The notes under the pieces: generated by a model
What the model was told of the DNA's origin: nothing
Seen by the model: only the letters and a program-made list of their open reading frames with translations
Databases searched by the model: none
Part shown: positions 36,318 through 51,938 of the stretch, in pieces
Numbering within the stretch: position 1 is the first letter of the stretch
Layout: every line of letters starts with the position of its first letter
Position numbers and translations under genes: made by a program
DNA from: Tubiluchus corallicola
Taxonomy: Eukaryota; Animalia; Priapulida
Length of the DNA stretch: 64,000 nucleotides
Reading direction: 5' to 3'
Assembly: GCA_030141605.1 (NCBI GenBank)
Contig: JAQGDQ010000948.1
Location: forward strand, 1 to 64,000

Positions 36318-36757
36318 TTAACCCTTTCATACCCGTTGTATCCCGTGGGATGCGAGAATATTTTCTGCCTTTAAAATTAATAAAATTTTAAAACTGACAG
36401 TTATTTGATCTGTTAATAGTTATTTTTCTTTAAGCCAATAACAATAGACTAAAATGGTGATAAAATGGCAAACTAGAAAATCTACGTAGCATAAAAACTG
36501 CGCTAGGTACAGATCAGCACAGCATGCATACTAAATGTCTTAAATACTTTAGAAAATTATCAGCAGTTGCAAAATGAAGCACATTTTATGCTTCCATTGA
36601 ATCCCAATGTATCCCGTGGGATACAGGCTATACTTAACACGCGGGCATAGGTAGAAAAATAGTTACTATGTGTAAACAAGATAGACATACTGAACAAAAG
36701 TACCAAGCCAAAAAATTTTTTCTTATTAAAAAAATAATTTGGGACTGAAAGGGTTAA
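36318..36757. mobile_element. piggyBac-like MITE in the intron after GRL V1
   Basis: TTAA|CCCTTTCA ... TGAAAGGG|TTAA, with an internal repeat TGTATCCCGTGGGAT. Confidence 0.7.
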
Positions 36758-37056
36758 GCTCTTGTGACAATTTGGGCATACAAATTACAATAGCCACATT
36801 AAGGTCAACAGCAGCAGAAGCCTCAAAGACAATATTGTTGACTATATTCACGGCAACGGTAACAACTACAGCGACGCCAACAAATACGGCAAGTATTGCT
36901 GCAACATTTGCAAAAGGCAGTAGATTAGACCACGATAGCTATTATGTTGACAACAATGATGCCTGTCGACAACACAAGAATTATGACGACTAAAATTTTA
37001 ATGATAACTGCAATCCTGAATAGCACAATACGATGGATAACAAAAAACAGATTTAA

Positions 37057-37710
<654 letters not shown>

Positions 37711-37997
37711 AATAGTATCTATAAATATAATAATATATATAATATATAATATCTATATCTATGTAATAGTATATTCTATGTTGCACAATGGAGCAGTTAA
37801 GAAACACGTGTTAACCCACTGCTACCTGAAGCGAACCCTGAATTCTTCAACACCTGCTAAATTAAAACACCCCATAAAAAACGGCAGAAGAGTGGCAAAG
37901 AAGAGCACTGGAAAAACAACAATTCAACTAAGTGAAAACTAAAATTGCTAATTTGTAAGTCAGGTTATTTGATTTCACGACTGAATTCGTTTCACCG

Positions 37998-38050
37998 GCG
38001 CCATAGAGAGGTGGATCTGTTTACTGAAGCCCCACTAAGCACTTGCGCTA
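37998..38050 (+). promoter_or_regulatory. Conserved upstream element of GRL variable units (copies start at 37998, 40486, 44210, 47788, 51380, 54422)
   Basis: RYGCCATRGASRGGTG...TTACTGAA...GCAxTTG is retained 560-800 bp upstream of the V2-V7 ATGs, including between V2/V3 and V4-V7, whose spacers are otherwise strongly diverged. Confidence 0.5.
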
Positions 38051-38578
38051 TTGAAGTTTATATGTGGAAGCCGATCAACTAACACTCACAGTGATATGAC
38101 AATCGTTTCGGTGCAGGTGCAGCATGTTCCATAGATATCAATTTCACAAATAGCTGTGAAAATATTTCTGACGAGAAAAATAGCGTGAACAGTTTTACTA
38201 TGAAAATTTAATTACTTTTTATTGAGCAGCATATGTAGCGTTGGCATGATTACTAATCTATGCAAATGCAGCAATACTACCTCTCAAAGAACTGCAGGTG
38301 TGTGACGTAATCAGAAACCAATATCAAACTTACACTAAGAAAGAAGCAGAAGTTCTTTGGCATTTTTATCTCGATTGCGTAGCAACAGAAGCAAAAAAGG
38401 TGAAACTGAAATATGTCCTCTAGGCAACAAACATTTTTTAACAAGGCAAGACAACTGCTGCAGTTGAGGATCTCTTAAAAAATGTGACTTTGCGATGCTT
38501 TGTGACATGCCGTTTGTGTAACTGAGAAATTTTTGTGGCAACTGTTATGCGTTTTTGCGCTGCTCAAAACGCACGAAT

Positions 38579-38755
38579 TGACGCGTATAAGTTTTTGTAC
38601 AATGGTTTTGTGCCACTGACATTGACGTGTATAAGTTTTTGTACAATGGTTTTGTGCCACTGACATTGACGTGTATAAGTTTTTGTACAATGGTATTCTG
38701 CCACTGACATTGACGTACAAGTTTTTGTACAATGGTTTTGTGCCACTGCACTGAC
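38579..38755. repeat. 44-bp tandem repeat (4 copies) directly upstream of GRL V2
   Basis: TTGACGTGTATAAGTTTTTGTACAATGGTTTTGTGCCACTGACA units. Confidence 0.85.
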
Positions 38756-38801
38756 AACCTTTTCAGCACTTACTACAAACCAAACAGACTAAAAAGCTAA
38801 A

Positions 38802-40025
38802 ATGTTGCCAGGCACTATTAACAACACCAATTCTGAGACCAGCGAGCAACAATATAGAGAGTCATACTGTGGTATTGAAGAAAACAATGGATGTTTTGAT
38901 CGTTCTGGCATGTACTCAATAGCAACCTTAGACGTCATACATAACGCTTCAATAAAGAGAAACTTCTACAAAGATAATCAAGACATATTTAAGGTCAAAG
39001 AGAGACGGTCTGAAAAACAGAAGAGGGAAAAATATCGTGTGAGACGTGCAGAGAAGGAAGCAGTTTGTGGTACCCAAAATGTCGTTGATATCTGGGATGG
39101 GTTCAGTTATCTCAACATTTTCCTAAAATTTGGTGGAATATGGCCGTTTGTTACTGGCACTTCTAAATTTTTCCGAAAGTTTGAAAAATGTTTTTCTATT
39201 TACACCATTCTAATATGTTTTCTACTGGCTTTCAACACATTAACATTGATAGTGAGCATGATACGTGATCTTTATGGAGAGATGAATGCGACACATATGA
39301 TCGATTATTTAGTAGAAGTAGGGTGGTGGCTGGAAGGAGTCATAAATGGAGCTGTCATGCTAAGTATCCACAGTCACTTTCCTCAAATGATGAATGAATG
39401 GTCAGCATCTCTCAAACTCAGTGGCGACATCTATGACACTGTTGCTTACATGAAGAAAGTGAGTTTTGCTCTCCTCAGTGTTTTAACAATAACTATGATT
39501 GGCGCCATCTATGTAACAACAGAATTTGTCTGGGACGGTTTTGATTACAAAGAGACACCATTTTATGTGTTTGGCTATAACATCTACACTTGGGACCATC
39601 CGTATCAGGACTTGGCAGTGCTATTTTATTATGCATCTGGAATATGGGCTTACATATTCATAGACTGGCCACAACTTGTCATAATAATGTGGAGCATTGT
39701 GATACTGCGTGAGATGGATATCATAAACAAGCAAATAGAGGAAGTTGTCAACTCAGAAGACTCGCAACTGATCAGCAACAACATTGGACATCTGCGACAG
39801 AAACATCAAAACATATGCAGAAGAATAGTCACATTCAGCGACATGGTTGGCATCATCTCTGCAAGCAGATATGGTTTCGATATCTTCACCTTTTTGGTGG
39901 TTATCTATATGGCAATTTTTGAGGAAGGCGGTGCACACAAGTCCTGGAGTTATTACACTGATATACTGGAAACAGCTATATATTTCATCATATATAGTTA
40001 CATTGTATCTTCCGTTAATCTTAAG
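38802..40025 (+). CDS. GRL variable exon V2, 408 codons
   Basis: ATG 38802 to donor AAG|GTAAGT at 40025/40026. Contains FLKFGGIWPF, WPQLV and LRQKHQNIC motifs. Confidence 0.87.
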
Positions 40026-41148
40026 GTAAGTCTTGATGATGGATGATTAAACAATGCCAAGCCTTCTGTTTTTTAAGAATTTAAGTTAATCACCACAACG
40101 TGTCCCAAAAGTTCTCTTGGTTTGACACAAAATCGACACTAGTAATGCACTAAAAGTGACGTTTTGCTGTTACAGAACCGGTCATGGTTCAGCTGTGCTT
40201 TGGCTTATTGTTTGCTTGCTATAAACTTGCTGCAAAAATAGATTTCAATGAAATAGAGACAATTCGTTACACACATAGCAAATATTAGTGTACTATATTT
40301 CAACCACATACCAAAAACATAACTTATTACTACTAAAAACTATTTAAATAACGAAATTGACAATTACCATTATGCTGGTCATCTTAATCACGAAAACAAC
40401 AATTTCTTATACAACTAAGAGAAAACGAAAAATACTATATTGTCTCAGTCAGGCTGGTCATTTGACTGTGCAGTTCGTTTTACTGACGCCATAGACAGGT
40501 GGATCTGTTGTTACTGAAGCCCCTCTAAGCACTTGCGCTCTTCAAGCTTATATGTGGAAGCCAACCAACGAACATTTGCATGTGTAGTGTGTGCCATAGA
40601 CATCAATTTCCCTAATAGCTATGAAAATATCTCTGATGACACAAATAGCATGAACAGTTTTATTATCAAAATTGAATTACGTTTTATTGAGCGGCATACA
40701 CTGGTGTTGTTTGTAGTGTTGGCAAATGACGCATTTGTAATTACATGTTGATGCAAATGTAACAATGCCGTCTCGGAAAAAAGTGTATGAGGCAGCCACT
40801 GCCCAATATTAAGCTTGTGCTAGGAAAGAAACAGAAATTTCGTGGCACTTTTTGACGCGATCCTGTAGTAGCAGAAGCAAAAAAGAGGAACCTAAAATAT
40901 AACCCTCAAGTGGCTCGCAAGCAGCAGATATTAACTACCAAGACACCTTCTGCAGTGGTGGACATTTCAGAAGTACTTTGTCACGTACGGTTTGCATAAC
41001 CCAAATGTTTTTGTGGTAGCTGTTACGTATTTTTGAACTGCCCAAAACACACGGATTCACATGTGGAAGTTTTTGTAAATTGGGTTGATGCCACTGAAAA
41101 CGTTATGAGCATTTATTAGAAATTTAGCAGACAAAAAAACTAGCTAAG

Positions 41149-42372
41149 ATGTTGTCAGGTACCGTCATCAGCACGGATTCTGAGACCAGCAAACATCATT
41201 CCAGAGAACCTAGGAGGGATTTTGATGAAAGTTTCGGTTGTTCTGGCATGTATTCAACAGCAACTTTAGATGTCATCAATAATGTTTCCATGAACAGCAA
41301 CTTGCACAGAAGAAATTCAGTTAAAGTTGTTGTTACGGTTCAAGAGAGACAATATGATAAGCAGAAGTGGGAAAAATATCTTGTAAAATGTGAAAAGCAA
41401 GAAGCAGACATTCGTGGAAGTCAAAATGTGGTAGATATCTGGGATGGGTTCAGTTATTTCAGTGTCTTCCTAAAATTTGGTGGAACGTGGCCTTTTGTTA
41501 CTGGCACTTCTAAATTTCTCCGGAAGTTTGAAAAATGTTATTTTGTTTATACCCTTATCATTTGCTTTCTACTGGGTTTCAACACAGTAGCTCTGATAAT
41601 GAGAATAGTACGCGATTTTCACGAAGAGATGAACACCACAAAAATGATCGAATACTTAGTAGCAGTCATTTGGTGGGTAGAAGGACTCGTACATGGAGCA
41701 GTCATGCTAAGTATCCACAGTCACTTTCCTCACATGATGAACGAATGGTCAGCATCTCTTAGACTCAGTGGCGACATCTATGGCACTGTTGATTACATGA
41801 AGAAAGTGAGCTTTGCTCTCCTCGGTGTTTTAACAATAACTATGATTGGCGCCATCTATGTAACAACAGAATTTGTCTGGGACGGTCTTGATTACAAAGA
41901 GCCACCATTTTATGTGTTTGGCTATAACATCTACACTTGGGACCATCCATATCAGGAACTGGCAGTGCTATTTTATTATGCATCTGGAATATGGGCTTAC
42001 ATATTCATAGGATGGCCACAACTTGTCATAATAATGTGGAGCATTGTGACGCTGCGTGAGATGGATATCATAAACAAGCAAATAGAGGAAGTCGTCAACT
42101 CAGAAGACATGCAACTGATCAGCAACAACATTGGACATCTGCGACAGAAACATCAGAACATTTGCAGAAGAATAGTCACGTTCAGTGACATGGTTGGGGT
42201 CATCTCTGCAAGCAAATATGGTTTCGATATCTTCACTTATTTAGTGTTGATATATATGGCAATTTTTGAGGAAGGCGGTGCACACAAGTCCTGGGGATAT
42301 TACACTGACATACTTGAATCAACTACGTATTTCATCATATACAGTTATGTGGTATCTTCTGTTAATCTTAAG
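41149..42372 (+). CDS. GRL variable exon V3, 408 codons
   Basis: ATG 41149 to donor AAG|GTAAGT at 42372/42373. Paralog of V2. Confidence 0.87.
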
Positions 42373-42864
42373 GTAAGTCTTAATGATGGATGATTAAACA
42401 AAGCCAAACCTTCCGCTTTTTAAGAAATTAAGTTCTCTTTTTTGATAAGAATAATCAATAGTCCTAAGGTACAACAAGTGGCATTTCATTGCTACAGAAC
42501 AGCATGACTCCGTTACGTTTAATACAGTCCAACTTGCTGCAAAATTAGATTTCAATGAAATAAAGACAATTCTTTAACTGAGGACCAACTGGTAGTTTAT
42601 TATCGAACAGAAAAAAATCAGAATTGATACAAACGTGAGCTTAAGTGAATCACCTGAAGAGAAAAATGCGAATAGAGCACTGAACCCATGATGCAACCTG
42701 TGTCTAACAAAATAACAATAACAATAGTTATTAGTGAGTGGACACCAATAAAAGGTTGTAGTTTAACTTTGCAGCTAGATTGAGCATCTGTTTTGCATGG
42801 AAGCAATGTTGACATGCATGTGTAGGTGCTTTCTTTTTCAGACTTCTCTTCAATGAATGATAAC

Positions 42865-42928
<64 letters not shown>

Positions 42929-44768
42929 CTGAAGATGATGATGATGGTGATGGTGATGATGGTGAAGGTGATGATGATGATGATGATAATATTAAATATA
43001 TAATTATGTTATACGAGTTTAGCATGTAGAAACTTAAATTATAACAGAGCAAATTATAAGTAAAACTAATACTATTTATCCTAACCTATATGCATTTTGC
43101 CAGTGAAAGTACCACATGACTAGTATGATTGGAGGTGCTGCATTGTAGCCCATTGAAAATAGATATTTCCAAACTTGTTAAGTAATTAGCAGTGCTCCAA
43201 TTTCGTAATTGCTTTTGTCTCCATGAAATTGTGCAGTGTAAGAGAGCATAGGCTACAAACATCATCCAGCCCATTGAAAATAGATATTTCCAAACTTGCT
43301 AAGTAATTAGCAGTGCTCCAATTTCGTAATTGCTTTTGTCTCTATGAAAATGTGCAGTGTAAAACAGCATAGGCTGCACGCATCAAAAAGTGATGATGAT
43401 ATGAGCAGGAATTGATGACGTATCGTAATTAATTGACACCACCGCAGTATTTTCTAATTAGAGTAATCCACGGTACCTGATTAAAATAAATTAGAATTAC
43501 TATGCAACTAGAAAATGTCAGTTCCATCATTGCCAACCTGCCTCAAGAGATTCTTTGACGAAATAATGACAACAACAACTCAAACTTTCTAACTCTTTGA
43601 ATACCATATGTAGCTTTACGTTTCACTTAGGCTAATCATTCAGTATATGTACGATTACTTTATTTCTAGTAAAATAAAGCACAGTACACATTATTTCCAG
43701 GCTGGGACAACAAAACTACAGTACACTGCACTACCTGCACTACAAGACACAACATACCAACTTAGCAATGTAACATAACAGTGAACACCTATAATTATCA
43801 CAGACACGTAGATGGGACAATATGTAATTTATAGTAGACAGGGCCGGCTCTACCGTTAAGGCAAACTAGACAGTTGTTTGCGGCGCCAAATTCTGGAATT
43901 TGACACCATTGAAACACAAAATTTTAATTTGCAGTTTAGACTGTAATTTAGCATCAAGTTATACCTGGTAGATCTACTGAATATTGTATTTTATTTATGC
44001 TGTGTTAACAATTGTAAGTGATTCTGAGGGTGCCCAATGCAACTGTACACTTTAAAACGTCCTATAAAAAACATCAGAAGAGTTTTGCAGAAAGTGCACT
44101 CAAAAAGCAACAGTTTTTTATTCAACGAAACAAAGACTTAGTCATGAAAATTGTTTAGTTGTCTTCAAGGACAAATTATTTAAATTTTGTTTCTTGGCTT
44201 GCTTTACCTGCGCCATGGACAGGTGTATTTGTTTTTACTGAAAGCATGCTATGCAATTGCGTTCTTCAAACTTTGGATGAATCCTACCTATTTACACTCG
44301 CACCAGACAGCACATTTGCTTTAGCGCAAGTGTAGAATATGTGTTGCCTATTGCATCCAAGAATAGCTATAGAAATATAACAAATGAAAATCAAGTTTAT
44401 CGGGTGGCAAAAACTTTTGTGTAAGTATAGTTGATGCATTTGCGATTACATGTTGATGCATTCTATTGCACGATTGTGTAGCACTATAAACACACGCAAG
44501 GTAAGTATTTTCCAGTATAGCCTACAAGTGATTCAGAAGCGGCAGGAGTTCTCTTCTGTCATGTACTCTTCAGAAAAGCTTACTTAGCAACATGTGTTTA
44601 CATTGTATAACAGAAACAGTTAAGCAGTAGATATGTCAGTCTTGCAAGATCTATTTGCAGCCCAATAACCTTGAATTCATTTTGTGTAAATATCTGTAAA
44701 CTGGTTTAGTGGCTGTTGTTTTCAGAACTTCGCTGATCAAAAAAAAACTAATTAAGTTGTCGTTTGGT

Positions 44769-45968
44769 ATGGATGCAGCCATCAGCACCAATTCCACACC
44801 AGCACGAAATTGTCGCAGAGAAAGCAATGGAAGTTTCAGTTATTCTGGCATGCACTCAATAGCAACTCTAGATGTTATTGACAACAGTTCAATTGCTAAT
44901 GACCAGCAGAAAAACAATTTTGATAACATTGTCATCATGGACTCAGAAAAGCAGCTTGACAACTGTGAAAAATATCCTGTGAAATGTGAAAAGCAAGAAT
45001 CTGATACTCACGGCAGCCACTATGTGGTGGAAATCTGGGATGGGTTCAGCTATCTCAGCGTTTTTCTAAAGGTTGTTGGAATATGGCCTTATGTCACAAG
45101 TTCTTCTAAATTTCTTCAAAAACTTGAAAATTGCTATTTTCTTTACACCATTATCATTTGCCTTCTTCTAGCTTTCAATGCCGTAGCTCAGATATTGCTT
45201 ATGGTGCGTGATCTTCAAGGGAAAATGAACACAACAGTGATGATCGAATACTTAGTAGCAGTCATTTGGTATGTGGAAGGACTCATACATGGAGCTGTTA
45301 TGCTTAGTATCCACAGTCGCTTTCCCCAGATGATGAACGAATGGTCATTGTCTCTCAAACTCAGCGGGGGCATCCATGGCACTGTTGCTTACATGAAGAA
45401 AGTGAGTTTCGTTCTCCTTAGTCTTTTAGCAGTAACTGTGACTGGTTATGTCTACGTAATAACAGAATTTGTCTGGAACAATTTTAATTATGATCAGATG
45501 CCATTTTATGTGTTTGGCTATAACATCTACACTTGGGACCATCCATATCAGGAACTGGCAGTGCTATTTTGTTATGCATCTGGAATATGGGCTTACATAT
45601 TCATAGGATGGCCACAACTTGTCATAATAATGTGGAGCATTGTGACGCTGCATGAGATGGATATTATAAACAATCAAATAGAGGAAGTCGTCAATTCAGA
45701 AGACACGCAACTGATCAGCAACAACATTGGACACCTGCGACAGAAACATCAAAACATATGCAGAAGAATAGTCACGTTCAACGACATGGTTGGGGTCATC
45801 TCTGCAAGCAAATATGGCTTTGACATTATCTCTTATTTAATGCTAATATATGTAGCCGTTTTTGAGGAAGGCGATGTTTACAGCTCGTGGAGTCATTGCA
45901 CTGACATACTCGAAGCGACTACGTATTTCATCATTTACAGTTATGTGGTATCTTCTGTTAATCTTAAG
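44769..45968 (+). CDS. GRL variable exon V4, 400 codons
   Basis: First ATG at 44769 (the ORF track starts at a GTG at 44709) to donor AAG|GTAAGT at 45968/45969. Confidence 0.87.
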
Positions 45969-46461
45969 GTAAGTCTTAATGATGGATGATTAAACAAAGC
46001 CAAACCTACTGCTTTTTAAGAAATTAAGTTCTCTTGGTTTTATAAGAATAATCAATAGTCCTGAGGTACAACAAGTGGCATATCATTGCTACAGAACAGC
46101 ATGATCCTGTTACGTTTAATACAGTCCAACTTGCTGCAAAATTAGATTTCAATGAAATAAAGACAATTCTTTAACTGAGGACCAACTGGTAGTTTATTAT
46201 CGAACAGAAAAAAATCAGAATTGATACAAACGTGAGCTTAAGTGAATCACCTGAAGAGAAAAATGCGAATAGAGCACTGAACCCATGATGCAACCTGTGT
46301 CTAACAAAATAACAATAACAATAGTTATTAGTGAGTGGACACCAATAAAAGGTTGTAGTTTAACTTTGCAGCTAGATTGAGCATCTGTTTTGCATGGAAG
46401 CAATGTTGACATGCATGTGTAGGTGCTTTCTTTTTCAGACTTCTCTTCAATGAATGATAAC

Positions 46462-46518
<57 letters not shown>

Positions 46519-48350
46519 GATGATGGTGATGGTGATGATGGTGAAGGTGATGATGATGATGATGATAATATTAAATATATAATTATGTTATACGAGTTTA
46601 GCATGTAGAAACTTAAATTATAACAGAGCAAATTATAAGTAAAACTAATACTATTTATCCTAACCTATATGCATTTTGCCAGTGAAAGTACCACATGACT
46701 AGTATGATTGGAGGTGCTGCATTGTAGCCCATTGAAAATAGATATTTCCAAACTTGTTAAGTAATTAGCAGTGCTCCAATTTCGTAATTGCTTTTGTCTC
46801 TATGAAATTGTGCAGTGTAAGAGAGCATAGGCTACAAACATCATCCAGCCCATTGAAAATAGATATTTCCAAACTTGCTAAGTAATTAGCAGTGCTCCAA
46901 TTTCGTAATTGCTTTTGTCTCTATGAAAATGTGCAGTGTAAAACAGCATAGGCTGCACGCATCAAAAAGTGATGATGATATGAGCAGGAATTGATGACGT
47001 ATCGTAATTATTTGACACCACCGCAGTATTTTCTAATTAGAGTAATCCACGGTACCTGATTAAAATAAATTAGAATTGCTATGCAACTGGAAAATGTCAG
47101 TTCCATCATTGCCAACCTGTCTCAAAGGATTCTTTGACGAAATGATGACAACAACAACTCAAACCTTCTAACTCTTTTAATACCATATGTAGCTCTACGT
47201 TTCGCTTAAGCTAATCATTCAGTATAGGTACGATTACTTTATTTCTAGTAAAATAAAGCACGGTACACATTATTTCCAGGCTGGGACAATAAAACTACAC
47301 TACACTGCACTACCTGCACTACAAGACAGAATATACCAACATAGCAATGTAACATAACAGTGAATACCTATAATTATCACAGACACAAAGCTGGGACAAT
47401 ATATAATTTATAGTAGACAGGGCCGGCTCTACCGTTAAGGCAAACTAGATAGTTGTTTGCGGCGCCAAATTCTGGAATTTGACACCATTGAAACACAAAA
47501 TTTTAATTTGCAGTTTAGACTGTAATTTAGCATCAAGTTATACCTGGTAGATCTACTGAATATTGTATTTTATTTATGCTGTGTTAACAATTGTAAGTGA
47601 TTCTGAAGGTGCCCAATGCAACTGTACACTTTAAAACGTCCAATAAAATCCATCAGAAGAGTTTTGCAGAAAGTGCACTCAAAAACTAACAGTTGTTTAT
47701 TCAGCGAAACAAAGACTTATCATGAAAATTGTTTAGTTGTTTTCTAGGACAAATTATTTAAATTTTGTTTCTTGGTTTGCTTTACCTGTGCCATGGACAG
47801 GTGTATTTGTTTTTACTGAAAGCATGCTATGCACTTGCGTTCTTCAAACTTTGGATGAATCCTACCTATTTACACTCGCACCGGACAGCACGTTTACTTT
47901 AGCACAGGTGTAGAATATGTGTTGCCTATTGCTTCCAAGAATAGCTGTAAAAATGTAACAAATGAAAATCAAGTTTATCGAGTGGCAAAAACTTTTGTGT
48001 AAGTATAGTTGATGCATTTGTGATTACATGTTGATGCATTCTATGGCACGATTGTGTAGCACTATAAACACACGCAAGGTAAGTATTTTCCAGTATAGCC
48101 TACAAGTGATTCAGAAGCAGCAGGAGTTCTCTTCTGTGGAGCACTCTTCAGAAAAGCTTACTTAGCAACATGTGTTTACATTGTATAACAGAAACAGTTA
48201 AGCAGTAGAATGAGTAGATATGTCAGTCTTGCAAGATCTATTTGCTGCCCAATAACCTTGAATTCATTTTGTGTAAATATCTGTAAACTGGTTTAGTGGC
48301 TGTTGTTTTCAGAACTTAGCTGATCAAAAACAACTAACTTGTCGTTTAGC

Positions 48351-49550
48351 ATGGATGCTGTCATCAGCACCAATTCCACACCAGCACGAAATTGTCGCAG
48401 AGAAAGCAATGGAAGATTCAGTTATTCTGGCATGTGCTCAATAGCAACTCTACATGTCATCGACAACAGTTCAATTGCTAATGACCAACACAAAAACAAT
48501 TATGACAACATTCTTATCATAGACCCAGAAAAGCAGCTTGACAAGTGTGAAAAATATCCTGTGAAATGTGAAAAGCAAGAATCAGATATTCTTGGCAGGA
48601 ACTATGTGGTGGAAATCTGGGATGGGTTCAGTTATCTCAACATTTTCCTAAAATTTGGTGGAATATGGCCGTTTGTTACTGGCTCTTCTAAATTTCTCCA
48701 AAAGTTTGAAAAATGTTTTTTTATTTACACCATTATCATTTGTTTTCTACTGGCTTTCAACACATTAGCATTGATAGTGAGCATGGTACGTGATCTTCAT
48801 GGAGAGATGAATGCGACACGAATGATCGATTATTTAGTAGAAGTAGGTTGGTGGGGGGAAGGACTTATACATGGAGCTGTCATGCTAAGTATCCACAGTC
48901 ACTTTCCTCAATTGATGAAAGATTGGTCAGCATCTCTCAAACTCAGTGGCGACATCTATGGCACTGTTGATTACATGAAGAAAGTGAGTTTTGCTCTCCT
49001 CGGTGTTTTAACAATACCTATGATTGGCGCCATCTATGTAACAACAGAATTTGTCTGGGACAGTCTTGATTACAAAGAGACACCATTTTATGTGTTTGGC
49101 TATAACATCTACAGTTGGGATCATCCATATCAGGAACTGGCAGTGTTATTTTGTTATGCATCAGGAGTATGGGCTTACATATTCATAGAATGGCCACAAC
49201 TTGTCATAATAATGTGGAGCATTGTGACGCTGCGTGAGATGGATATCATAAACAAGCAAATAGAGGAAGTCGTCAACTCAGAAGACATGCAACTGATCAG
49301 CAGCAACATTGCACATCTGCGACAGAAACACCAAAATATTTGCAAAAGAATAGTCACGTTCAGTGACATGGTTGGCATCATCTCTGCAAGCAGATATGGT
49401 TTCGATATCTTCACCTTTTTGGTAGTTATCTATATGGCAATTTTTGAGGAAGGCGGTGCACACAAGTCCTGGGGATATTACACTGACATACTTGAATCAA
49501 CTACGTATTTCATCATATACAGTTATGTGGTATCTTCTGTTAATCTTAAG
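48351..49550 (+). CDS. GRL variable exon V5, 400 codons (chimeric: V4/V7-type N-terminus, V2/V3-type body)
   Basis: ATG 48351 to donor AAG|GTAAGT at 49550/49551. Confidence 0.87.
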
Positions 49551-50043
49551 GTAAGTCTTAATGATGGATGATTAAACAAAGCCAAACCTTCCGCTTTTTA
49601 AGCTATTAAGTTCTCTTGGTTTGATAAGAATAATCAATAGTCCTAAGGTACAACAAGTGGCATATCATTGCTACAGAACAGCATGACTCCGTTACGTTTA
49701 ATACAGAACAACTTGCTGCAAAATTAGATTTCAATGAAATAAAGACAATTCTTTAACTGAGGACCAACTGGTAGTTTATTATCGAACAGGAAAAAATCAG
49801 AATTGATACAAACGTGAGCTTAAGTGAATCACCTGAAGAGAAAAATGCGAATAGAGCACTGAACCCATGATGCAACCTGTGTCTAACAAAATAACAATAA
49901 CAATAGTTATTAGTGAGTGGACACCAATAAAAGGTTGTAGTTTAACTTCGCAGCTAGATTGAGCATCTGTTTTGCATGGAAGCAATGTTAACATGCATGT
50001 GTAGGTGCTTACTTTTTCAGGCTTCTCTTCAATGAATGATAAC

Positions 50044-50083
<40 letters not shown>

Positions 50084-51938
50084 GTGATGGTGATGATGAT
50101 GAAGATGATGATGATGGTGATGGTGATGATGGTGAAGGTGATGATGATGATGATGATAATATTAAATATATAATTATGTTATACGAGTTTAGCATGTAGA
50201 AACTTAAATTATAACAGAGCAAATTATAAGTAAAACTAATACTATTTATCCTAACCTATATGCATTTTGCCAGTGAAAGTACCACATGACTAGTATGATT
50301 GGAGGTGCTGCATTGTAGCCCATTGAAAATAGATATTTCCAAACTTGTTAAGTAATTAGCAGTGCTCCAGTTTCGTAATTGCTTTTGTCTCCATGAAATT
50401 GTGCAGTGTAAGAGAGCATAGGCTACAAACATCATCCAGCCCATTGAAAATAGATATTTCCAAACTTGCTAAGTAATTAGCAGTGCTCCAATTTCGTAAT
50501 TGCTTTTGTCTCTATGAAAATGTGCAGTGTAAAACAGCATAGGCTGCACGCATCAAAAAGTGATGATGATATGAGCAGGAATTGATGACGTATCGTAATT
50601 ATTTGACACCACCGCAGTATTTTCTAATTAGAGTAATCCACGGTACCTGATTAAAATAAATTAGAATTACTATGCAACTAGAAAATGTCAGTTCCATCAT
50701 TGCCAACCTGCCTCAAGAGATTCTTTGACGAAATAATGACAACAACAACTCAAACTTTCTAACTCTTTGAATACCATATGTAGCTTTACGTTTCACTTAG
50801 GCTAATCATTCAGTATATGTACGATTACTTTATTTCTAGTAAAATAAAGCACAGTACACATTATTTCCAGGCTGGGACAACAAAACTACAGTACACTGCA
50901 CTACCTGCACTACAAGACACAACATACCAACTTAGCAATGTAACATAACAGTGAACACCTATAATTATCACAGACACGTAGATGGGACAATATGTAATTT
51001 ATAGTAGACAGGGCCGGCTCTACCGTTAAGGCAAACTAGACAGTTGTTTGCGGCGCCAAATTCTGGAATTTGACACCATTGAAACACAAAATTTTAATTT
51101 GCAGTTTAGACTGTAATTTAGCATCAAGTTATACCTGGTAGATCTACTGAATATTGTATTTTATTTATGCTGTGTTAACAATTGTAAGTGATTCTGAGGG
51201 TGCCCAATGCAACTGTACACTTTAAAACGTCCTATAAAAAACATCAGAAGAGTTTTGCAGAAAGTGCACTCAAAAAGCAACAGTTTTTTATTCAACGAAA
51301 CAAAGACTTAGTCATGAAAATTGTTTAGTTGTCTTCAAGGACAAATTATTTAAATTTTGTTTCTTGGCTTGCTTTACCTGCGCCATGGACAGGTGTATTT
51401 GTTTTTACTGAAAGCATGCTATGCAATTGCGTTCTTCAAACTTTGGATGAATCCTACCTATTTACACTCGCACCAGACAGCACATTTGCTTTAGCGCAAG
51501 TGTAGAATATGTGTTGCCTATTGCATCCAAGAATAGCTATAGAAATATAACAAATGAAAATCAAGTTTATCGGGTGGCAAAAACTTTTGTGTAAGTATAG
51601 TTGATGCATTTGCGATTACATGTTGATGCATTCTATTGCACGATTGTGTAGCACTATAAACACACGCAAGGTAAGTATTTTCCAGTATAGCCTACAAGTG
51701 ATTCAGAAGCGGCAGGAGTTCTCTTCTGTCATGTACTCTTCAGAAAAGCTTACTTAGCAACATGTGTTTACATTGTATAACAGAAACAGTTAAGCAGTAG
51801 ATATGTCAGTCTTGCAAGATCTATTTGCAGCCCAATAACCTTGAATTCATTTTGTGTAAATATCTGTAAACTGGTTTAGTGGCTGTTGTTTTCAGAACTT
51901 CGCTGATCAAAAAAAAACTAATTAAGTTGTCGTTTGGT

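Noticed and set aside
44485-44490. TATAAA as the TATA box of the V4-V7 units
   Set aside because: It lies only 10 nt upstream of the 5'UTR splice donor, too close to be the TATA box for a first exon that uses that donor.
42618-50444. Repeated minus-strand ORFs (MLCYNLSF..., MGWMMFVA...) in the GRL spacers
   Set aside because: They recur only because the spacers are recent duplicates, rely on GAT repeats, and are disrupted in the more diverged copies after V6 and V7.
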